Assembly (NCBI GenBank): GCA_964035545.1
Contig: OZ037766.1
Location: 7,740,722 to 7,804,721, forward strand
Length of the DNA stretch: 64,000 nucleotides
Reading direction: 5' to 3'
From: Bugula neritina
Taxonomy: Eukaryota; Animalia; Bryozoa
The stretch's first letter is position 1. Every line of letters starts with the position of its first letter. The notes below the pieces were generated by a model. The model had not been told where the DNA came from, searched no databases, and saw only the letters and a program-made list of their open reading frames with translations. Positions 55,114 through 64,000 of this stretch are shown here, in pieces. The translations under genes and the position numbers were made by a program.

Positions 55114-58100
55114 CTATGCCCATGATGATTGGGATGAAAACTCACACTGTGAAAGTGGATTTTGGCAGTTGCTTTGGGGTACAGAATTGGCTGGCCAATG
55201 ATAGTTAGATGGGGCTAACTCTGCGGGCCTGTTGTAGCCATTCTCACATCTCGTGTATCTATACTGGTGGGTTGTGTTAGAGGAACAATATGAGGGAGAC
55301 AAAGAGGGTTCTGGCTTGCAGATGGTAACTGTTTCGTAACTGGAAATAGCCTGAGAACTATAAGCCTGGAGAGGAGCTGCAGAGGGTAGTCTAGGACACT
55401 GTGGCTGTTGTGGTGCCAAATGTAGAACCTGGTCATAACCAGATAGCTGCTGGTGCAGATGTGATAAGAGTCTGACGTGCATTGGGTGAGCAGGTCCAAC
55501 GCCTTCACTGTGTATAAGAAAGTTAGCCATCTCATGCATGCACTCTCTATAGCCTATGCTCCTGTAGTCTATAGCAAGACTTTGAGGGTTTGTGCTTTCT
55601 GAAACAAAATTAAAACAATTTATCGTTTCTAAAGTTTAGGTAAAAATGGCTGGAAAAACATTTAACCTGTATGTAACATTCAGTATTAAACATTAATTAA
55701 AGGAAGATTTACTTTATTATAATGTTGTGACACCACCAAAATTATGGGAAGCTTCAGTCGAGAAATATTATATAAAAGTATTGTAGATGTCAAAAAGAAA
55801 CAAAATGAAAATTTAAATAGTCTAAAAGCCACTAAAATTTGCAGCACAAGTATTATAATATATTATTGTTATTATGTATGCATGTCTTATGTTGTGAACT
55901 CACCAACTTGAGCAGTTAATGCTTTTATGTGATCTACAGCTAAAGACAGCACCTCAGATTTTTCTAGCTTTGAAGAAGCCTGAAACATATTATAATACAA
56001 TAAATAAATAAATAAAAATGGTTTAATGATTGAAGGCTACCAAGTTTATAAAGCATCAGGACTGGACTAAACATGGACAACTAAACCTAAACATTATAAT
56101 AATGGAATATTTAAACAAACATGTTTATCTTTATTAAACAGCATTTAGAGGGTGTAGATGAACACAACATACTAAATGCAATACCCCATCATTGTCCAAG
56201 AGCAAACAATATAAAACTTACAACAAGTAGATTTCGAGTGCCATTGAGCAACCTGTTTAAATCTGGCGGTTAGATTGTAGAAATGACTAATCAATAGCCT
56301 TAAATTTAAGTTCTTTCATCTGTTTACTATATGATTTTTCATAAGATTTTCATATTTTAAGGAGCACAGCTTATATTGTGAAGCATACCAGGTATGATAC
56401 TCAACAAATATAAGCATCAAGTCAGTGTTTGAATTTGAGATATTCAAGTGGACGATTAAATTTACTCAAACACTACACTTAAGAATATCATATACCCATT
56501 TATCATCTCAATATCCTTATGAACTAATCGTTCATCACCGGCAAACAATACAGTATTTGTTAAAGACAAATTCGGTATTGTTAATTGCTAGATTAAACTA
56601 TAAAGCTACACTCAGGCTTAAAAGATGTTAATATGAATTCATTTTACATCTGCCTTCATTGTATATCTAGTTAATGATCATATCCATCTAATATCTTTTT
56701 CAATGACTTCAAATGGCCTATTTGTTTTTTGTCTATAATATCATAATAATGCACCATCTGCTGTTGTAATCAGAGCATCAACTTTAGTACAGGTTCTCTT
56801 CAAAAGATATAATATGTCAGAAAGCTATACTTTAAACAATCTGTAATATTTTATCTCTCTTTTATCTATCCTTTTGAAAAAGTCTCTCTCAAAAATGCTT
56901 TGATCTAAATTTCAACAGCACTAAACCTTTTCTTGAGCTTCAAGCATACAATTAGCATTATGCTGATACTGTGGTTAAGATGCTTAGTACTTATTCAACT
57001 AATGTCAATGACTTTTCAACACTGTTAGGTGAAATTGATTTAAAACACCATTAAGGTGCTTCTAGCATGCATACAAGTTTATTTAATATATCACTATTAA
57101 TAAACCTCCCAAAAAATTCTTTTCATTTACCTTTTATTAAACACAGTATTTATATTTCTTCAGCTTAGCTATTTGTTGAATAACTATGCATTATAGTGCA
57201 AACATAATATTATATAATACAAGTGTAGATAACTGCTGCTATACCTGTCTCTCGTGAGCTGTGGGAATCAAATTTTTTAGGTCATTCAAACTTCGGTTAA
57301 TCCTGTCTCTACGCCGCTTTTCTATCAACTGCATCACAAAAATTAAACATGTCTATAATATGAATAAATATATATACAAAACACAACATATAATACATAT
57401 AATAAATACATATAATAAGTACATATAATAAGTACACGGATAATTTATTAATTATTGATTTAGTTGCCAACAGCATGCTGGAATGTACTCACATATTATA
57501 TCTCGTACCTACAGTGTTGACTTTTCACACAATACTGAGATAAATGCTACTATGTTGCATGTAAATAGAATACTACAATATTATATACTTTGAAGTGTAA
57601 TTTATATATTTTCATTTGTATTATTTCTGTTGCTAGAGTTCTAAAAGTTTATTTTTCAACATCCAACGTATTACCATGAAGTATGAAATAGTTCGACCTA
57701 TTTTAATCACCCATCATGCATAAGATAACATTTTATGGCTACCAGCTTGCAAGACTGCAGCTGTCTAGGTAAGACAAGTAAAAAAATAAGATAAGCTTCA
57801 AAATGGCTTACCCCACGTCTTCGTTTTCTGGCCATAGTAAAACATCCAGAGTCCCCACTTACAGAGCCCTGTGACAACGGTGAGCTGCAATGATATATGT
57901 AATATCATGTCTAACCAAATTAATTCAAATTTAAATGAAATAAAATATAATTTATATAAATAGACTGATAAATTATGTAACACATAAAAGTGTAAATAAT
58001 GGAGTTTTGGAGAGTTTAATGTTCATCTGTAATATAAGAATCCCACCTTCTGAAGCAAGAAGTGTAAATCCAGTTTTATATATGTATAAAAGGACCTCTT

Positions 58101-58365
58101 TTTTATAAGCCTCTATGTTACAGGATATATAGTATAATTTATTAACATTTCTTTCAAAAAAATTAAGCTTGAAAGTATTAGAAAAGCTACTGCATTATCA
58201 AAACGACACAGTATTTTAAAGAAAAGATACTGGTGTGTGCTGAGGTGTCTATCGTTGTATCCTACAAAATGGGCAAACCCTACATTACCTGCATTGATCC
58301 TCCTGTTCACAATCACTGTCTGTCTCAGAGCAGAGTCTGCGTTTCAAACTGCTATTCTCCACCAT
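55114..58365 (-). CDS. Hey: Hey-type bHLH-Orange transcriptional repressor, 264 aa. Exons 58289-58365, 57812-57884, 57245-57328, 55904-55979, 55114-55598
   Basis: LKRRLCSETDSD N-terminus; basic region ARKRRRG|LIEKRRRDRINRSL (Gly, diagnostic of Hey rather than Hes Pro); SKLEKSEVL; Orange DYRSIGYRECMHEMANFL...PMHVRLLSHL. All introns are GT-AG and in phase; total 795 nt. Confidence 0.9.
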
Positions 58366-58479
58366 TATTTATTCAAAATATAGTTATCACGGATTATAAG
58401 AGACAAATAATATGCTGGTCAGCTTTAACCACTAACAGCTACTGTGTACTTGAAGTGTGACTAACGTCAACCTACACTG

Positions 58480-58590
58480 TGTGCCGTTTTATATAAACCA
58501 AAATAATTAATAATAATGAAACCGATTGGTATTGTTCATTGATCGCGTTTACAACCCTGAAAGTGATGGGTTAGACACGCCCACAGCTAC
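58480..58590 (-). promoter_or_regulatory. Hey core promoter (TATA, CCAAT)
   Basis: Minus-strand TATATAAAA (~58487-58495), about 125 bp upstream of the ATG, and CCAAT (~58525-58529). Confidence 0.55.
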
Positions 58591-61533
58591 TGTATATCTA
58601 GTTCAATAGCCGTGTAAATCAAGGTGCTTATAATGAACGGGTGGAAGCTAATAAATAATTAACAGATATTTCTAAGCATTGGCTCTTGAGATTGTTATAT
58701 GTATAATTGCAATGTTTGTTATCAATTTATACAGATATTTCATATTCATCAGAATTCAATTTTGGTAATTGATAGATTGATTTTAAAAAGAAAAAATATT
58801 ATGCAACACCCAAACCAAACTGTATATTTTCCTCAATTGCAGCATCATTTGTAATTTCCTGAAAGCTTAAATGGAATATAAATTAACTTAACTTTAATAT
58901 GATGCCTACTTTAAAACAATAATTGCAGCTTACTTACTATATTAGGGTCATAACCGGCCTAGAATCTATTTTGTTTTGCGGTTGAAATAAAAACCCCAAG
59001 AACTGTATTTGATTTACAACTAGAAATTTTTTCAAAAGTTGAAATTTAAAAAGTACTAATATGAAAATGAATAGTCATTAGCTGTGAAGTGATCAGCGAA
59101 CTAATTTATTTTTGGAATATAAATATTTAAATGCTGAGACCACCTTTGATAATTACACAGAGTGAAATCTATTTAGAAGAAATTTAACATTAAACCATTG
59201 AAGAAAAAGAATAAGGGGTAACCATAGACAAGCAATAGGGACAAGGTAATAGTAAGTCATTAAATTCCTGAAGCTGACGACAACGGCTATAGATAAAAGT
59301 ATGTTAATACCTTTACTTTGGATGATGTTAGCTCAGTTTATATTTGTATCCTAACCTTAATAAAGGTAGATACAAAGAGTTGTCTAAATTTTACAGTGGA
59401 AAGGGAGTGCCAAAGTCATTATCATCAATAAACTAGGTGGTTAATGAGCATGATTAATACTTCTGTATAGCATTACAACTGAGACATAATTTCTTTTTTA
59501 TTCTGTCATAAAGATTGTATGAGAACAGTCAGTGCCCATGATGTTTACAATTAATAAAACACTGTCCACAATGTATTGGCAAATTACCCACAAGCTTTTG
59601 AACACTAAGATTTTATTGCCATCAACAGAAAAGCTTTCAAAAATATCCAACGCAAGTATTACAAAGCCTTTACCCAACCAACAACAAAGTTGCGATTTAG
59701 TTGAAGTAGCTAAAAGAAACTAGTGGTTTTTTATTATTTAAGAAGATCAAACCCAGTACAATAAACAATATAATTGACCATGTCTAACTGAAAATACTTC
59801 AAAGTTTTGAGATAATATGCTTTTCAGTACTAGGTTTTCCAAGTAAATCAGACAATTAAGCGTGTACATACATCATGATGATAGAAGATTAAGCATATAT
59901 AGCAAATATTCTATAACTGTGTAAAGCAGGTGCTGTCCTCAGACAAAAGTGACAGTCTGTGACAGGTTGAAATGGCATGGCACCCATAAGTGTAATCCTT
60001 ATATGCAATATAACCTTTTTCAATTGCTAAATCTGCAATACAACTACTGCCAAACACATCAACCTAACATTTTGACCTAGCAAAAATGTTCCCAAAAATC
60101 ATTTCCATTAGTACATTCATGCATATAAATTAGAAGTATGCATTTACAAGTATAATTATAGGTGGTATAATGTATCATTGACTTTCACACCAGAAAAAGC
60201 ATCTTCTCTATTATTGGGCAAGGTATAAATAGATGCAAAAATATAAAAATAACCTTTTATGAATAATTAAACTATGCATATATTTTGCAAGTATAGCCTA
60301 TATTTATAGTATTATTTCACTTTAGTGCTAGTACCCAGACAAAAAATAACTCCACAGTTCAGTAGCTTTGCTTTCCACACACTTCAGACGATGTATTTGC
60401 ATTGCAATGTACAACATAAGGTAATGTGTCTGCATCTGTTTTAGTGACACTAATATATTGGTGAGCAAACACAATATTGAGAGCAACATTTCAACTGTAT
60501 TGTATATTACAGGTGTGGCCCCAAGTGACTTCGTGTCATCAACTACATTAGTTTTGAAAACTGTCAGACTACACCTTCATCAGATCAATAAAATAACATT
60601 CAATAACCTAAAATGACAAAAAACTGTCAACATTTTCACACCTGGAATCTGTGTTTACCTACATCCCTGGAGAGAAATTATTATAACTCCTTACTCGGGT
60701 AATATTGTATTTTCATGCTGCACTTTCACAAAAATGAAATTATAAATTGGACTAAGCTTTCTTGTTTAAAGAGCAAAAGGGTCAGCCATGTAACACACAC
60801 AGCTTTATACATTAAAGTTATGCTCAAGGATAATTACATGATTTTACAACCTTAGCTAACGAAATTTTAGAAATCAACAATTTTAATTTTGTAGATGAAC
60901 ATTCACTTACAATTTTTACGAACAATTTTAGCTATTTTATTAAAGCAACAAATTTTGTTGCTTTTTACAATAAAATTAGCATTGAAAGCAGTACACATAC
61001 AATCGTGATGAGCAAGCTGTAATACAAAAAAGCATTTTCTTTTTGTAATTTCCACTTTACTAAAAGTGAACATTTGAACTTGGCAACAAACAACAGCTAA
61101 ACTGGTAACAGAAAAATTGCAACAAAATTCTCTTCATCAACAGTAACAATATAAGTAGTGGCAGCACCAGTCATGGAACATCCATATAGGTCAGGACATT
61201 GAGTCATATCAGGTTATCATTACCTTGTAACAAGAAATTTGATCAAACATCCTCCAAGCAATTGTAGACAAGTCTATGTGCAAACAGAATACCTTATTGA
61301 TTCAAGTCTGGAATATTAGTAAACAATTATAGATAAACATTATAATTACAACTAATTACTGTTGCTGCAAATAATAGACAGTATAAACCATAGGCATGAG
61401 TGTAGCATTTGAATAATGTTGATGATCAGCCACAACTAATTTAATATTAATATCTATGTATATCTCTAATAATTATTAATAGCTTAAGCTCTTTTAAGAA
61501 TAAAGAAAGAGATGACAATGCAAATACATAGAA

Positions 61534-61792
61534 TTCTCACGGTATGTGGCATCCATTCAATAACTGTTTATTACATGCAAACAATTTTCAAAACAAAGAT
61601 AGTGCAATCTCTTTTAGATATTAGAAGCAACAATTTCTCGTTAAGTTTCATGAAACCCAGCATATTATAAATTATCAGTTTAATGACAAAACCAGTTTTA
61701 TAGAGTTATGGCTACATAAAGCTATTAGTTCTGATCCTTAAATTTTCCACAATATTAAATGAAGAATAAATATATAAACACAAAGGTGGGAA
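61534..61792. promoter_or_regulatory. Candidate Su(H)/RBPJ sites upstream of Hey
   Basis: CGTGAGAA (minus, 61534-61541) and GTGGGAA (61786-61792). Hey genes are known Notch targets. Motif match only. Confidence 0.3.
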
Positions 61793-64000
61793 AGTTACAA
61801 TTGAAGTCATAAAAAATCTTATAAGACCACACACAGTGAAATATTCTATTGACAGTATTGAGAGGTATGAAGCAAGTTTAACCTTCTATCAGGTTACCTA
61901 TTAGTCTCAAGTACCGCTACATCTTTGTATTTATGTAGTTAATATCTTATGTGTAAACTCTACATCTCCACCAGCAAGACAAATCTAACAAATTCCATTT
62001 AAAAACTTTCTGATTCACACTTTAAAAAGCAGCAATTTGCTACAGCTGATTTGTTCTAATGAAGACATATAAACGTTATGTTTTGCAAATAGAACATTTT
62101 TTACCACCCAACTATGATCAGTGTAATAAGTATGGAAGGGAACTGAGAAACTAAGGTAATAGACAGTTAGCACCATGGTCTGCTTTAAAATATGTACAAT
62201 AAAAAAATTTAATTTTCCTGGTCCAATTACCAGGCATTTTATCAACTGACTTGCAACCAAAAAGCAGCAGGAAAAAGTTGCTAATGTAAATCTCTACCAT
62301 TGACCATCCTTGATTAATAATTCATATAAATATGCAATTTATTGAATGTGACAGTAGGTGTAATGTGACAAATCAAAAAGCTTGTTCTGTGTCATTAAAC
62401 ATGCAATCATTCAACACTCTCAAGTGGAGTATTCCAATAAAGAAATGAAATTAAACTTGGCAAATGGCCATTGCACTCAAGTTAGTAAAGGAAATATGAC
62501 TATTTGAGTTGTACTGTCCATTCAAATAAAATAGGGAAAGATAATCATTACAATCTCTGTTTTCACATCTTTTCGAGAGTGTAGCCAAAATTAGCAAGAT
62601 CGAATGGAATGTTAGAAATTACTGTGTATTTGAAAATTGACTAGATAACCATAAATAAAATAATGCTATATTTACATTATTGAATTTGTAACATGATAGG
62701 CTGCTCAATTAACTCCGTTAATGTAAGACATGTACATCTAATTTATAAAAAAAGTCAAGTTTTTATTACAAAATATCAAAACTTGTTCAAATTCTAAATA
62801 ACTCCGTGCGTGCGTATTCACAGTCACAAAAAGAAAGTCTACGAAAACTCTAAAGCTCTCAGGAATACGAACTTTCGGGAGCTGACTTGTGAGCAATAGA
62901 CAGGAAGAAGATGCTAGACAAAGCTGAGATTAAGAAGATAACGTCAAACCATCTGTGATAGAAACTGAACTGTAGCTCCCCCAGTACTTCTGTTATTATA
63001 GTTCTGCAAAATATGTATACGTAGTTACTGCTTAATACTGTATTAGATTTGCAATATATCTATATATAATATACTACTATACAGTCTACACTACTGTGTA
63101 CTTTAAAGCTGGTTAAATCATACATTTGCCACATTGTTAAAAGAATTTATCCCAGTGACTCTAAAATCTTGGATGATGTAAAATGTAATAAATGTTGATA
63201 TTTCATAATATGTGGTAACTGGTGTAGCAAAGATGCTGAAAAAAACTGCATTACAGTACTTATACTTTTTGATGAGAATATGTTGAAATGTTTGTAACAT
63301 TTCCTTTGCGTCACGCCATGTCTTTACCATAGCCTAAGTTTTCCAAGATAGCACAAGAGAATGTTCTGCCAAACAAACACTCATGTTTTTTTAGCTAAGG
63401 CTGCTTTGTTACATTATGTATCACAATTCAGTATAGGAGTAAAAAATTGTAAACAATATATGCCTTAAATTTCTTCAATATTATCATAATTATATAATAT
63501 TATTATAATTATATAATATTATTATAATGCCTATCTGGACCATTAATGGCCTTTGCCCCTTCACAGCTATATTACATATCATCAACTAGTTTATACTTAA
63601 AGTGAGACAATATTTCAGAAATAATTACCTATATTTTAATGGCATATTCATTCTCATCAGCAATACCGAAGACACGAAATACATGCCCTACAACAAAATT
63701 AATACATAACAATTGCCACAAATATGATCTTCAGAAACAGCAAACACAAACAAGTTATAAATCCAAAAAATTGGTAAGAAAAGTTTCCGACATTTAAGTA
63801 TGACCAAAACCATACAGACTAAAGAGACATGGTATATAATAATATTTACCATTAATTGCGCCAGAGCTAACACTATGATATTTGAAGATCGGGTGCTAGC
63901 CAAAGCATAGAAAAACTGCAAAAGGAAACATAGTTATAGCTTATAGATAACATAACATCTTAAAAAACATATCTTTAGTGACTTCCAAGTTCAAGGCCCA

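Noticed and set aside
34400-61210. Recurrent AP-1 TGA(C/G)TCA sites around the BH3-like and Hey genes
   Set aside because: About ten were seen, but several are expected by chance at this base composition. Enrichment cannot be shown without a count against background.
48400-64000. Short ORFs in the AT-rich flanks (e.g. 49618-50025, 50596-50851, 62015-62260, 63688-63921)
   Set aside because: Composition is typical of random AT-rich translation, with no splice-consistent exons or motifs.

Overview
AT-rich, intron-containing animal genomic DNA, most likely an invertebrate (inference). I assembled five spliced host genes by hand from GT/AG boundaries and reading-frame phase: a partial ankyrin-repeat gene (-, runs off the left edge), Van Gogh/Strabismus (+), a 1054-aa C2H2 zinc-finger protein with FG repeats and Spt5-CTR-like TP repeats (-), SERBP1/HABP4/vig (-) and a Hey-type bHLH-Orange gene (-). 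There are also two intronless 91-aa ORFs that look like BH3-only proteins with C-terminal membrane tails (+). Two very young Ty3/Gypsy LTR insertions are present, each with LTRs identical by eye and an intact target-site duplication. The first (4394-11897) is full length, with gag, a -1 frameshifted pol and a third ORF in the env position. That third ORF has no ATG of its own, but a strong acceptor and an in-phase donor 43 nt into gag predict a spliced 276-aa zinc-finger/Arg-Ser-Pro/coiled-coil accessory protein that is not an Env. This is the top candidate for an undescribed system. The second (38301-42799) is a Gmr1-like element (PR-IN-RT-RH order) that has lost RT and most of RNase H, and it sits between the two BH3-like genes. 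Two MITEs, a tRNA-derived SINE family and several tandem or periodic tracts are also present. No database searches were possible, so family names rest on motifs recognised by eye.
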